A stretch of 64,000 bases of DNA from Alphaproteobacteria bacterium (GTDB lineage Bacteria; Pseudomonadota; Alphaproteobacteria; JAUHZY01). The notes under the pieces were generated by a model. The model was not told the DNA's origin. It did not search any database and saw nothing but the letters and a program-made list of their open reading frames with translations. The position numbers and the translations under genes were made by a program. Of this stretch, positions 1 to 10,038 are shown piece after piece (positions within the stretch are counted from its first letter, which is position 1; each line of letters starts with the position of its first letter). Location of the stretch: the NCBI GenBank assembly GCA_030425825.1, contig JAUHZY010000001.1, positions 512,551 to 576,550 on the forward strand. Direction: 5' to 3'.

Positions 1-2809
1 CGTCGGTGGATCTGGTAATGATATTATTGGCGGTGATTATGGCGATAATACGCTGATTGGTGGCGCTGGTAACGATTCGATTTACGCTGGGCGCGCAGAG
101 GGCTATGTCGGTGAAGGTGAGTACGACGCACACAGATACGGCTCAACGACAAGTAATTTTGACGGATCAAATGATTATCTTGAATTAGGTGATGTCACAT
201 ACCTGGATGGTGAAACAGACCTTACGCTTGCGGCTTGGGTTACACCAACTAATGTCACTGGCGATAACCCTATTTTTGATAAGTTCTGGGACGGCTCGCA
301 ATCGAGTTTTTATACCTGGATTCGCAATGGTGATGTTCAAGCATATGTAAAACTGACAGATGGTAGTGTACACACACTGAACGCTGGGATGAGTTTGGAT
401 GTAAACAATACCTATCATGTTGCCATGGTCCTGGATAGCAGCGCGACCCGATTTAGTTTGTATGTTGATGGCGTTGAGAAAGATTTTGCGACAACGACAG
501 GCGTAGGGCTTCAAGGAAACGCAGAGGTTTTCCACCTGGGTGAAGGATATACAGGAAATGATTATAATGGTGGTATTGCAGGCGCTGGAATCTGGTCAAA
601 AGATTTAAGTTCAGCTGAAGTAAACGCTTTAATCAGTGACCCTACAAACATCCCAACGGATAATTTAGAAGCTTTTTATGCTTTTTCTGAAGGAGAAGGA
701 CACACCGTTTTCGATCTTTCTGGAAATGGTCGTCACGGTATATTGAAAAACATAACATCATCAAGTTTTTGGGATGATGTATCACAAGGTAACTATCACC
801 ATAACGCTGACAAAGGCTTTAGTGAACTGACATGGTTTGATGAAGTAGATGATTACATTCGATTAGACGGCGGAAGCGACATCAATATTGGCAAAGTCAA
901 CACGGTGAATATGTGGTTGTCATGGGACGCAAGTGAGCATGCTGGTACGCAAGCCTATCATCTTTCAGGTGGTGCGGATCACCAATATGTTTTGTACGGC
1001 TACACAGGCGGTATTTATTACCGTCCTCAAAGTGGCGGTCCAGCAGTTGGTTTTGTTGATGCAGGTTTTGGTGTTGATAATGAATTACACATGCTTAGTT
1101 TTGTCCGTAATGGGACGAATGTCGATTATTATCGTGACGGCGTGTATATTGATACGAAGACACTTGCCAACAACACATATGATACTGCAGTTCGTTCAAT
1201 TGGAACAAGCTCAGGGTCACGTATGCATGAAGGCTTGGCGCCTGACCTTGCCTTGTTTAATACAGATCTGACAGCCGACCAAATCACAGAAATATACAAT
1301 AATGGCAAACTTTTTGATGCCACAGGACACAGCGCGAGCGCGAATCTGGTGGCTCAATTCCGTGATGGTGGTTCGGCTGGGTATAGTGATCTGACAGGAA
1401 CGTATACCAATATTGTGGCGCAAGGGTCCCCCGAAACAATTAAAGTGCCAGGTGTTTTTGTTGGTGACGATGATGTTTTAGGGTTTGATCAGCTGAATCC
1501 AAAGCAACCTTGGAGCAACGGTGCCGAAACGTCAATCGACAACCAAGACCCAAGCAGCGGTAATAACAGCCTAGTCGGTGGCGACGGCAATGACACGCTG
1601 ATTGGAAATGATGGTCGTGATACATTCGTAGCAGGTGATGGTGATGATTGGATCGAGGCTGGTGTCGGGGGCAGTAGTTATACATTAGGGGCCGAGCTTG
1701 TTACCAATGGTAGCTTTGAAACAGACCTGACGGGGTGGTCTGATGTATTGACACCTGACAAGGCTCAAGAAGCGATCGCAGGTCGCACAGCAATGCGGAT
1801 AAATGATGATGACGTCAGCAACCGTGAAGGTGTGCGTGATTCGATTACAGGTTTGTCGTCTGGGTCATCTTACCAGCTTTCAGGGTGGGTTTATAAGTCA
1901 TCCGTCAATCCAGGTGCTGGAACACTTGATAAGGCGGTTTATTTTGAACTTGGCGTGATAAATTCACCAAATTTTGAATACACTCTTAATGCTTTCGATA
2001 CATGGGAGTATTTTTCGATTCAAATGATTGCAGGGTCTTCAAATCTTGATCTTGATCTTTTTGCAACCAGATATAACAACGCGCATACAGGAACGGCTTA
2101 TTTTGACGATGTTTCTTTGAAGCTGCTGACACATGGAACGACGGCAGATAACAGCATTCTTGGTGGATCTGGCGCAGATACGATCATTGGTGATGTTGCT
2201 AATGATATAATTAGCGCTGGATCAGGTAACGACTCTATAATTTCTAATGCTGGAAATGATACGATTGATGGTGGATTAGGAAACGACTCTATTAATGTTG
2301 GTATGGGTGCTGACAGTGTTGCTGGTGGTGATGGTAACGATAGCATTGACGGTGGCGATGGTGATGATGTTATCAGGGCAGGCGCTGGAAATGATGAGCT
2401 AACAGGCGGTGCCAGCGCGGACGAGTTCCACTTTGATTATGTGTTTTCTGCTTTTGACGGCGTTTCACGCGACAAGCTAACAGCCAGCTTTAGTGGTGAT
2501 GGATTCGATATTATTACGGACTTTTCAACGGATGATTCATTGCATATCTCTGTTGATAATATTGGTGGTGCACGCGTCAACAGTGCGGGCGACTTGCAAA
2601 CTTATGGTCCATCGGCGATATTTGTATCTGTTTCCAGCTCGACCGAGATTCACATTAACCTTGATGACTTGACGGGCACAGGCACAGGAAACCACGAGAT
2701 TGTGTTACAGAACCAGTCTAACATCACAGCAGGCTGGCAAGGTACGTTGCAAGAGTTTGCGGACGAACATGGTACATATGAGATTTACTTTAATGGGGTG
2801 GCGATTTAG
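1..2809 (+). CDS. 5'-truncated RTX-type adhesin/toxin-like protein with two LamG_3 (concanavalin-like) modules, a CBM_4_9-like module and a C-terminal run of GGxGxDxxx calcium-binding repeats. The frame is open from base 2, so the gene starts upstream of the window.
   Basis: Frame-2 translation has no stop from nt 2. Nonapeptide repeats GGSGNDIIGG, GGAGNDSIY at the window start and GGSGADTIIGDVANDIISAGSGNDSII...GGDGNDSIDGGDGDD near the C-terminus. LamG_3 signature AFYAFSEGEGHTVFDLSGNGRHG. GSFETDLTGWS is typical of CBM4/9-like modules. Confidence 0.8.
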   Translation, partial: VGGSGNDIIGGDYGDNTLIGGAGNDSIYAGRAEGYVGEGEYDAHRYGSTTSNFDGSNDYLELGDVTYLDGETDLTLAAWVTPTNVTGDNPIFDKFWDGSQSSFYTWIRNGDVQAYVKLTDGSVHTLNAGMSLDVNNTYHVAMVLDSSATRFSLYVDGVEKDFATTTGVGLQGNAEVFHLGEGYTGNDYNGGIAGAGIWSKDLSSAEVNALISDPTNIPTDNLEAFYAFSEGEGHTVFDLSGNGRHGILKNITSSSFWDDVSQGNYHHNADKGFSELTWFDEVDDYIRLDGGSDINIGKVNTVNMWLSWDASEHAGTQAYHLSGGADHQYVLYGYTGGIYYRPQSGGPAVGFVDAGFGVDNELHMLSFVRNGTNVDYYRDGVYIDTKTLANNTYDTAVRSIGTSSGSRMHEGLAPDLALFNTDLTADQITEIYNNGKLFDATGHSASANLVAQFRDGGSAGYSDLTGTYTNIVAQGSPETIKVPGVFVGDDDVLGFDQLNPKQPWSNGAETSIDNQDPSSGNNSLVGGDGNDTLIGNDGRDTFVAGDGDDWIEAGVGGSSYTLGAELVTNGSFETDLTGWSDVLTPDKAQEAIAGRTAMRINDDDVSNREGVRDSITGLSSGSSYQLSGWVYKSSVNPGAGTLDKAVYFELGVINSPNFEYTLNAFDTWEYFSIQMIAGSSNLDLDLFATRYNNAHTGTAYFDDVSLKLLTHGTTADNSILGGSGADTIIGDVANDIISAGSGNDSIISNAGNDTIDGGLGNDSINVGMGADSVAGGDGNDSIDGGDGDDVIRAGAGNDELTGGASADEFHFDYVFSAFDGVSRDKLTASFSGDGFDIITDFSTDDSLHISVDNIGGARVNSAGDLQTYGPSAIFVSVSSSTEIHINLDDLTGTGTGNHEIVLQNQSNITAGWQGTLQEFADEHGTYEIYFNGVAI

Positions 2810-2997
2810 TTTCCAGCCTTTGTTTTGTTGTGCATGTCTTGTTGCATAAATGTTTTAAATCTCTCTTCTTCTTTTTATTTTACACTCTTAATGCCTTCTA
2901 AAGCTAAATCTGGCACGCGCCGTGTATGTCCTTTTATGTAAAGTTTGTGCGCCCTTATTGGTAAACAGCTTCTGTTTAAAGAAGGACTATTTGTTTT

Positions 2998-4488
2998 ATG
3001 AGTGTATTTGGTGCGATGACGACGGGTGTATCTGGGCTGAAAGGCTTTGGCGGCGCTTTGAATCATATCTCTGAGAATATATCGAATGTGACGACCTTGG
3101 GTTACAAGCGTGTTGAGACACGTTTTTCAACGCTTGTAACGACGTCGACATCACGAGTTCATAATGCAGGTGGTGCGAATATTAAGCCTTCTTTCAGGAT
3201 CAGCTCTCAGGGTCTTCAACAACAATCTGACGTATCGACACACTTATCTGTAACAGGTGAAGGGATGTTTACGGTCACAGATCAATTGCCTGTTTCTGCG
3301 ATTACATCTTATGGTCGGAACTCGTTTTATACGCGTGCGGGTGATTTTATTGTTGATCAAGATGGGTATTTGAAAAACGGTGCGGGATATTATCTGCAGG
3401 GTTGGACAACAGATTCAAGTGGTGATGTGATTAACACCTCGCAATTGGCACCATTGCGTGTCACAGATATTGTTGATGCACCAATGCAGACAACAACGAT
3501 TGATTATAATGTGAATGTGCCATCCGGGGCACCACAGCCCGCTGCAGCTGATCTTGCGGCGGCAGCAAATCCAGCAGCGATTACAGGGGATAGCACTCAC
3601 CCATCTTATGATTCTGTTTTTGGCCCGAACCAAATTTTGGTTTATGACTCACTTGGTGGCGAGCATTCGATGACGCTTGATTGGACAAAAGTTCCTGCTG
3701 CGAACGCTGTTGGCGCAGGGTCTGCTTTTGGGAACAATGCGAATCCTAATAAATGGCTTGTTTCAATGACACCTACAACAAGTTTGGCAGGTGCGACAAT
3801 TACAACACGTTTTACAACAGAGGCTAGTGGGGTGCCTGCGGACTTAGCACAGCGAGAAATCGGTGTTGAGTTTGCTGCCGATGGATCTATTGTTGGGATG
3901 TGGAAAAACGAAGATGCAAATGTATATGGCGCCGGTGGTTGGGGATCAATGATTGCATTGCCTTCAGCGGCAGTTGAATTAGATCTAACATATGGTGGCA
4001 CATATCTACCAACAAGCCCACAAACAATCACCATTGATTTTGGCACCTTGAATGCAACATCAGGCTCAACAACACAGTGGAACGAGCCAGATATTTCGAT
4101 CAGAAACTTCTTGCAGGATGGCAACCCTGCTGGTGCGGTTGAAAATATTGATATTGATGGCGAAGGTCTGATCAATCTGAATTTTGATAATGGTAATTCA
4201 ACGCCACGCTATAAAATTCCTATTGCACGTTTTGCAAACTATAATGGCCTTCAACTGATCGACGGCAATGCCTACCTTGCAACCAGCTTTTCTGGTGATG
4301 CCTTTTATGCAGCAGCAGGCGATAACGGGCTGGGAACAATTACATCAAATAATCTTGAGCTGTCGAATGTTGATTTGGCAGACGAGTTCACAAAAATGAT
4401 CGTTGTACAAAGAGCTTACAGCGGCAATGCACGTGTCGTGACAATCGCTGCGCAATTGCTGGAAGAAGTCACCGCAATTACACGATAA
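2998..4488 (+). CDS. flgE: flagellar hook protein FlgE
   Basis: N-terminus MSVFGAMTTGVSGLKGFGGALNHISENISNVTTLGYKR and C-terminus SNVDLADEFTKMIVVQRAYSGNARVVTIAAQLLEEV match the conserved rod/hook terminal segments. A 496-aa length fits a hook protein. Confidence 0.85.
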   Translation: MSVFGAMTTGVSGLKGFGGALNHISENISNVTTLGYKRVETRFSTLVTTSTSRVHNAGGANIKPSFRISSQGLQQQSDVSTHLSVTGEGMFTVTDQLPVSAITSYGRNSFYTRAGDFIVDQDGYLKNGAGYYLQGWTTDSSGDVINTSQLAPLRVTDIVDAPMQTTTIDYNVNVPSGAPQPAAADLAAAANPAAITGDSTHPSYDSVFGPNQILVYDSLGGEHSMTLDWTKVPAANAVGAGSAFGNNANPNKWLVSMTPTTSLAGATITTRFTTEASGVPADLAQREIGVEFAADGSIVGMWKNEDANVYGAGGWGSMIALPSAAVELDLTYGGTYLPTSPQTITIDFGTLNATSGSTTQWNEPDISIRNFLQDGNPAGAVENIDIDGEGLINLNFDNGNSTPRYKIPIARFANYNGLQLIDGNAYLATSFSGDAFYAAAGDNGLGTITSNNLELSNVDLADEFTKMIVVQRAYSGNARVVTIAAQLLEEVTAITR

Positions 4489-4573
4489 GTCAGATAAAAC
4501 TTACTTAAAAGACTTGTTGTTTCTCTGAATTTTTCTTACTCTTACTGTCCTATTAAAAAGGGATCATACCATC

Positions 4574-7141
4574 ATGAAAAAGAAGCTTATTACGCTTGCT
4601 TTCCTCATTGCGTTTTTAATTTCGGGAGCATTGTTTTTTGCGCCGCGTTTTTTAAACTATGAAACACTTGGGCCGAAAATCAGTTCTGCCTTAAAGCAGT
4701 CAACAGGCATGGACCTTGATGTAAAAGGCGATTTTTCTTTAAGCTTTTTTCCTTCACCGCATCTATCTTTAAGTGATGTTGTCTTAAAAAAAGAAGGTGT
4801 AGACGCGCTTTATATCAAAGATGTGTCGATACAGTTAAAGCTGTTTTCTTTACTGCGCGGTGATTACTTACTTGATCAGGTTATTGCCGACAAAGTCATT
4901 ATTACCTTGATTCGCCACAAAGACGGCACATGGAACCTGGCACATAAAAGTAAAAAAGTGACAGGCGATACAGCACAAAATTTTAAGCTGAATTGGTTAA
5001 GCCTGACCAATGCAGAAGTTTTGTTTATTGACGAAATGAATAATAAAAAAGAGAAGTTTGAAAATATTGAACTGGGCTTAGCCTTGGGGTCTTTATCAGG
5101 GCCATTTAAATTACAAGGCAAAACTTACTTTCATAAAACACCTTATACGTTCAGGGTAGAAAGCGGCGTTTTAAGTTTTTCAACACCTTCAGAGTTTAGC
5201 GTGTTGTTAACATCTGATAAAACAGGGCTGAACGCGCAATATGTTGGTCAGTTGCACCGCAAACCAACACATACAGAACATCAAGGCGCCTTTAAGTTTT
5301 ATGTCAATAATACGACGGATCTAGATGATCTTTCCCAACTGTTATTGAATAAAGCGATGTCTTTACCCGCACCGCTTTCAAAAGGTGTGGCATTAGACGC
5401 TAATATAAAAGATGACGGCGTTATGACGACGGTCAAAGATATCTCAATGAATTTATCGGACGTTGTTCGCGTGACAGGCGATGTAGCTGTATCAAATCAA
5501 GAAGTCACTGTGAATGAGTTGAAAACAAAATGGGTTGGGGATACGTCTTTGCATTACAGCGGCACCTTTTCGCAAGGTGATATGAAAGGCAAAGTCGAGT
5601 TGTCTAGTAAAACACTTTGGCGGACTCTGGATGCTTTTGGTTTGCCACGTATAACGCCAGACAGGTTAAGTCTGAAGGCCAATATAAAAAAAGAAGCCGA
5701 TAAAATCGTCTTAGATCAAATAAATGGTATTTCAGATGAAGGAAAAGTGTTAGGGGCTCTTGACTTTCAGTTGGGAGAGCGACCTGCGGTTAAATATGAC
5801 TTAAGTTTTGGTAAATTAGATATGCGCCATATCTCAGAAGGCCAGAAAGGTGTCAAAAAAACATTAGAACAAAAGTTAAAATCTCTGGTGGCAGTAGATG
5901 CTTCTGGAAAGTTGGCTGCAGAAAAATTCTTTTATGATGGTGGGCAAGTGAAAGGCCTGGCAACAGACCTGGTTTTAGATAAAGGCGCTTTGACGTTAGG
6001 CGTTGATATTCGCGAAATGCATAAGCGTCCGTTTAATGCAAATATTGATCTTATCATGGTCAATGATGACGTTGCAGGCATGATGGATGTTGCAACAACA
6101 GTTCTACAAAAGCCTTTTATTATGTCTTCTAAGTTCAATGTAAATGCAGATGACTTTTCTTTTAGTCAGGCCGCCTTAACATGGGATGGCATTGCTTTTA
6201 ACGGGCAGGGTAGGTTGTTGCGCGGTGGACAGCGCCCTATTATCGACGCATCAGCAAGCGCCTACACATTGCCGTTATCTCTCTTCAAAAATAACAAGAA
6301 GAAAGTATCTGCCGATAAATCTGTGCCTGGGGATAAATGGTCTTCTGAACCGTTCGACTTTTCTCTTTTTAAGGCTGTGGATTTGGCTCTTTCTGTGAAG
6401 GCAAAAAAGTTCATTTTGGGTGATGACTTTAAAATAGAAGACAGCGACATATATGTTCAAATTATAGATCAATATCTAAAAGAGTTTATAATTGAAGGGC
6501 GTTATGGTGGAGGAAGTTTACGCAATACCCTGTCGATTGATCCACGAGAAGGCAGCCCAAAATGGCACGCGACTGTGGCTGCCGAAAAGGTTAACTTAAG
6601 TAAAACGGCATTACAAAAGCATCTTAATGATGGACAAGCTGCGATGACGCTTAATGTTAAAAGTAAGGGATCTTCGGTGCGCGAAGTGATCTCGAACCTT
6701 GAAGGCATGGGAAGATTGCAAGCAGAAAATGCTTTGATCAAAGGGTTTGACCTGAATGTTCTAAGAGATGGCATGAAAAACATTGGATCTACAGAAGATG
6801 TCTCAAAGCTTTTTTCAACGGCCTTTAAAAAAGGAAATACCAGTATTAAGAAGTTAGAAATACCCTTCGAAGTTAAGCGAGGTATTATTAATGCGACGAG
6901 TGGTATTACAGCAGGGGCGGATGTTTGGCGGCTTGAAAATGGCTTGGCATTTATTAATTTGCTGCAAAAAGAAATGGATGTACGTGGTGATATCAAGCTG
7001 AACACAAAGCAAGACTTACCCGCCATTGGCATTCGTTGGTACGGCAAGCTGAACAAGCCCAGTTATACATTACGGATTCGCAGCCTAGAAAACTTTATTA
7101 AAAAGAAGCTGTGGGACTTGATCAAAGAAAAGCTTGAGTAA
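4574..7141 (+). CDS. AsmA-family outer-membrane biogenesis protein
   Basis: N-terminal TM helix followed by LDVKGDFSLSFFPSPHLSLSDVVL (AsmA N-terminal motif). The C-terminal region resembles the AsmA C-terminal domain. 855 aa. Confidence 0.55.
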   Translation: MKKKLITLAFLIAFLISGALFFAPRFLNYETLGPKISSALKQSTGMDLDVKGDFSLSFFPSPHLSLSDVVLKKEGVDALYIKDVSIQLKLFSLLRGDYLLDQVIADKVIITLIRHKDGTWNLAHKSKKVTGDTAQNFKLNWLSLTNAEVLFIDEMNNKKEKFENIELGLALGSLSGPFKLQGKTYFHKTPYTFRVESGVLSFSTPSEFSVLLTSDKTGLNAQYVGQLHRKPTHTEHQGAFKFYVNNTTDLDDLSQLLLNKAMSLPAPLSKGVALDANIKDDGVMTTVKDISMNLSDVVRVTGDVAVSNQEVTVNELKTKWVGDTSLHYSGTFSQGDMKGKVELSSKTLWRTLDAFGLPRITPDRLSLKANIKKEADKIVLDQINGISDEGKVLGALDFQLGERPAVKYDLSFGKLDMRHISEGQKGVKKTLEQKLKSLVAVDASGKLAAEKFFYDGGQVKGLATDLVLDKGALTLGVDIREMHKRPFNANIDLIMVNDDVAGMMDVATTVLQKPFIMSSKFNVNADDFSFSQAALTWDGIAFNGQGRLLRGGQRPIIDASASAYTLPLSLFKNNKKKVSADKSVPGDKWSSEPFDFSLFKAVDLALSVKAKKFILGDDFKIEDSDIYVQIIDQYLKEFIIEGRYGGGSLRNTLSIDPREGSPKWHATVAAEKVNLSKTALQKHLNDGQAAMTLNVKSKGSSVREVISNLEGMGRLQAENALIKGFDLNVLRDGMKNIGSTEDVSKLFSTAFKKGNTSIKKLEIPFEVKRGIINATSGITAGADVWRLENGLAFINLLQKEMDVRGDIKLNTKQDLPAIGIRWYGKLNKPSYTLRIRSLENFIKKKLWDLIKEKLE

Positions 7142-7143
7142 AC

Positions 7144-8364
7144 CTAGCCTTTTTGATTTTCATGTGGGCGTTGTGGGCCAGCTGTTTTGTTTGTGTCCCT
7201 ACCATCTTTTTTGATTTCTGCAAGAAGGGGGACGCTTGGATCAATTGCGCTGCTTTGGTTTTGTGTCGTTTTTTCTAGATCAGATGATATGTTATATTCT
7301 TGTATAAATGGAATGTCTTTAAAGACGCCAATACTTCTTTCAACAACAGTTTTTGCACCTTCTAACATTTGATCAGGTGTTGCGTACTGTTTCTTAGAGG
7401 TTTTGTCTAAAATTCCTGCTCTTTTTAATTTTTCTGCATCTTTTTTAAGAAAAATTTGTCCCGAAACATCAAGCGAGCGTGTTGAAATTAGATCAATCAT
7501 GCCGTTATTCAATAAAACACTGTTACCATACAAGGCCCTTTGATTATGCTTTACAAGATAGTTTATTTCTAAGAGATTTCCTTGTATGTCATATGCAACA
7601 CGACCCTCTGTAACTTGTTTTCCAATGATGCCATTTCCTTTTTCTTCCTTGTTTAAGATGATCGCACCAATTTTACCATTGCTGTGATATCTGATCATTG
7701 CAGAAGAATGTATGAAGGGTTTTTTGCCTGTTCTTGGACCTTTCATGAAGTCAACTTTTTTATAGCTATGTCCATTTCGAAACTCAACAGAATGGTACAG
7801 CGTTCCGCCTTCATAATCACCTTTGCCTTTGATCTCAGCGATCGCATTGCTCAGGCGGAATGTGCCAAGTCCGTCAAGGTTACGAATATTTTTTTGGCCA
7901 GGCTTGTTATCCATCTCGTTATAGGAGGATGCAAAATTAAACTCGGTCTTTCCTTCTTTTGAGTAAGCACCATGAACAAAAGGATCTTCGTTGCGTACAA
8001 TAACATCAACGTAAGCGTTTCCTTTGCCGTTTGTGACCTTGATAACGCTTGAGTTTAAATGATTTACAACTGATTCAGGTTCGATAAGGATTTGAATATG
8101 GCGACCATCTGCAAGATGTGCCGTTCCATTTTCTGGAATATTTTGAACTTGTTTATTTCTCAAGTTTCCGCTTTTGGTCTGTTTTTGTAATAAGATTGTT
8201 TTTTGTGAGGCATCATACGTAATAACATAGTCATGGAAATTGATCTTCAGTAAGCGTTGGTTTTTACGCTGAGGAACTTTCACGAATGCGAAGTCGATTT
8301 TGGAATCTAGCTCTGGAAAGAAAGCTTGTTTGATGCTTTTCGTTGACGTGTATCCTTGATCCAT
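7144..8364 (-). CDS. hypothetical protein (406 aa)
   Basis: Long ORF converging on the asmA-like gene. No recognisable domain. Confidence 0.45.
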   Translation of the reverse strand: MDQGYTSTKSIKQAFFPELDSKIDFAFVKVPQRKNQRLLKINFHDYVITYDASQKTILLQKQTKSGNLRNKQVQNIPENGTAHLADGRHIQILIEPESVVNHLNSSVIKVTNGKGNAYVDVIVRNEDPFVHGAYSKEGKTEFNFASSYNEMDNKPGQKNIRNLDGLGTFRLSNAIAEIKGKGDYEGGTLYHSVEFRNGHSYKKVDFMKGPRTGKKPFIHSSAMIRYHSNGKIGAIILNKEEKGNGIIGKQVTEGRVAYDIQGNLLEINYLVKHNQRALYGNSVLLNNGMIDLISTRSLDVSGQIFLKKDAEKLKRAGILDKTSKKQYATPDQMLEGAKTVVERSIGVFKDIPFIQEYNISSDLEKTTQNQSSAIDPSVPLLAEIKKDGRDTNKTAGPQRPHENQKG

Positions 8365-8462
8365 TTTTTTTCCTCAATTTATCTTTTAGGAAAATGATTA
8401 TAGAGAATATTTGATATAAATCAATTAAAATATCCTTAAAAGATACGGTCATTCCCTTTTTG

Positions 8463-8478
8463 TAGAAAATATGGTATA
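8463..8478 (+). promoter_or_regulatory. extended -10 promoter (TGgTATAAT) upstream of the 8512 CDS
   Basis: Sequence aaatatGGTATAATacag lies about 35 bp upstream of an AAGGGGG Shine-Dalgarno sequence and the ATG. Confidence 0.4.
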
Positions 8479-8511
8479 ATACAGAAGGATTTTTACAAAA
8501 AAGGGGGTTTA

Positions 8512-9459
8512 ATGAAGGAGGACGTGAATATGCAGACATCACATCACTTTAAACAGCCCTTGATTGAGCGCACTTATCACCCTGACCACATTGATATTTA
8601 TATGCCTTATTTGCGGACGCTTTCCCTTGATGAAGCGGGTATTAATGGTGGCTTACGTTCTGCTGCCTTTAACCAAGAAGTGCTGCGAGGTAATTTATTT
8701 GGCGCGCACAAAGCATTTGAAACAGACTTTGTTACCAAAGGCCGTATCAAAAGACCACAACAGAAAAAAGATAAAAAAGATGAGACTGGTTACAAAGGTG
8801 AAAACAAAAACCTTATGCAGTGGATGATGCATATTATGGCGTATTGTTATCTGGCTTGTTGTGGGATGACAGAAACGATTAAAGAAACGTTCTTTCAAAT
8901 GGTTAAAAGAACAGGAAAACAACGCCTGGCACGCAAATCTCTGGGGCTTGTTGGAAAAAAAGGGATTGCAAGAATAGGGGGGAAGCTTCTTTCACGCGGA
9001 ACACCTATTGTCAGTTTATTGTTTCATGGCGGTGCATATCTTTTCGCCAAACAATCTGGAAAACAATCCCAAATTAATGAAGCAAAAGGTGGTCTGCTGG
9101 TCGGTGCATTAAGTGCAGGATCGGTGATTGGCATCAAAGCATTACTTGCTGCATCAATAATAGCACCTGTCGCAGCCCCAATCTTGATAGGTGTTGTTGC
9201 CGTGACAAGCCTGGCTGTGACACTATTTTATGGTCAAGATATTGGAAAGTTTATGACAAAGATTGGCGATAAGCTGTTTAAAAAATCTAAAAAGAAATCA
9301 CAGTATAAGGCGCGTTCTTACGAATTAGGCATGCAAGAAGTTGAGAATACACAACAAGAAGCGGAACAAGTTTTTGCAAAGAAACCTTTTCAAAGGTCTT
9401 CAAGTGCAGCACCTGCACAACAACATCTTATCCTTCAACAGCAAGGTGCTGAAAGATAA
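8512..9459 (+). CDS. hypothetical membrane protein (315 aa)
   Basis: AAGGGGG RBS. Long hydrophobic stretch GGLLVGALSAGSVIGIKALLAASIIAPVAAPILIGVVAVTSLAVTLF. Confidence 0.5.
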   Translation: MKEDVNMQTSHHFKQPLIERTYHPDHIDIYMPYLRTLSLDEAGINGGLRSAAFNQEVLRGNLFGAHKAFETDFVTKGRIKRPQQKKDKKDETGYKGENKNLMQWMMHIMAYCYLACCGMTETIKETFFQMVKRTGKQRLARKSLGLVGKKGIARIGGKLLSRGTPIVSLLFHGGAYLFAKQSGKQSQINEAKGGLLVGALSAGSVIGIKALLAASIIAPVAAPILIGVVAVTSLAVTLFYGQDIGKFMTKIGDKLFKKSKKKSQYKARSYELGMQEVENTQQEAEQVFAKKPFQRSSSAAPAQQHLILQQQGAER

Positions 9460-9468
9460 AGTCTGGCT

Positions 9469-9681
9469 TTATAAAAGCTCATCATCGTTTTGTGGTAAAA
9501 AGTGATCGATATATTGCTGGGCATGCTCTAAGTCAACAGCGCGATCGCTAATAACATACGCATATTTTTCAGCTTTTTCTTCGATCATTTCAGCGGCCAA
9601 ATTCGGATATTTTTTCTCAAGCCTTTTATGAACTTGTACATAAAGACGTAGCTTTTCTTTTGTCGTCATTCTCTGCTGCAT
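9469..9681 (-). CDS. small hypothetical protein (70 aa)
   Basis: ORF only. Confidence 0.3.
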   Translation of the reverse strand: MQQRMTTKEKLRLYVQVHKRLEKKYPNLAAEMIEEKAEKYAYVISDRAVDLEHAQQYIDHFLPQNDDELL

Positions 9682-10038
9682 ATACTTTCCTTCCCTTAAA
9701 CCATTCCAATAATTTGGAATAATTTACACATAACAAGTCCCCAAACTGCGCTAACAATAAGGGTTGCAAAAGATAAAATGTTTTGATGTGTTTTTGAGGT
9801 TTTCGTCGAACTCGGAGGTTCGTCTTCCTCGGCCCTGCAGGATGTTATCGTCGAATCTTTTGTCGAAACCTGCTCAGGTGGCGATATTATAGACATAATA
9901 TATACTCCCTCTTCATATATTATATCCTAAAAAGATACAAATTGTCAATTTGTACAACTTTGTTGTTGATGTGAAGATATTTTTAGGGTATAAAGCGCGC
10001 AAAATAATATTATTTAGGTACATAAGGGCATTAAAGGC

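Noticed and set aside
933-1685. Several 60-110-aa ORFs (933-1271 +, 1129-1323 -, 1217-1423 -, 1440-1685 -) inside the RTX gene
   Set aside because: They are embedded in or antisense to a long, well-supported CDS. Low-complexity or His-rich translations are typical of frame artefacts.
3415-4175. Minus-strand ORFs 3415-3633 and 3642-4175 within flgE
   Set aside because: Antisense to a confidently identified flgE. No RBS or domain support.
6502-7056. 184-aa minus-strand ORF inside the AsmA-like gene
   Set aside because: Fully contained antisense ORF in a long CDS. Likely spurious.
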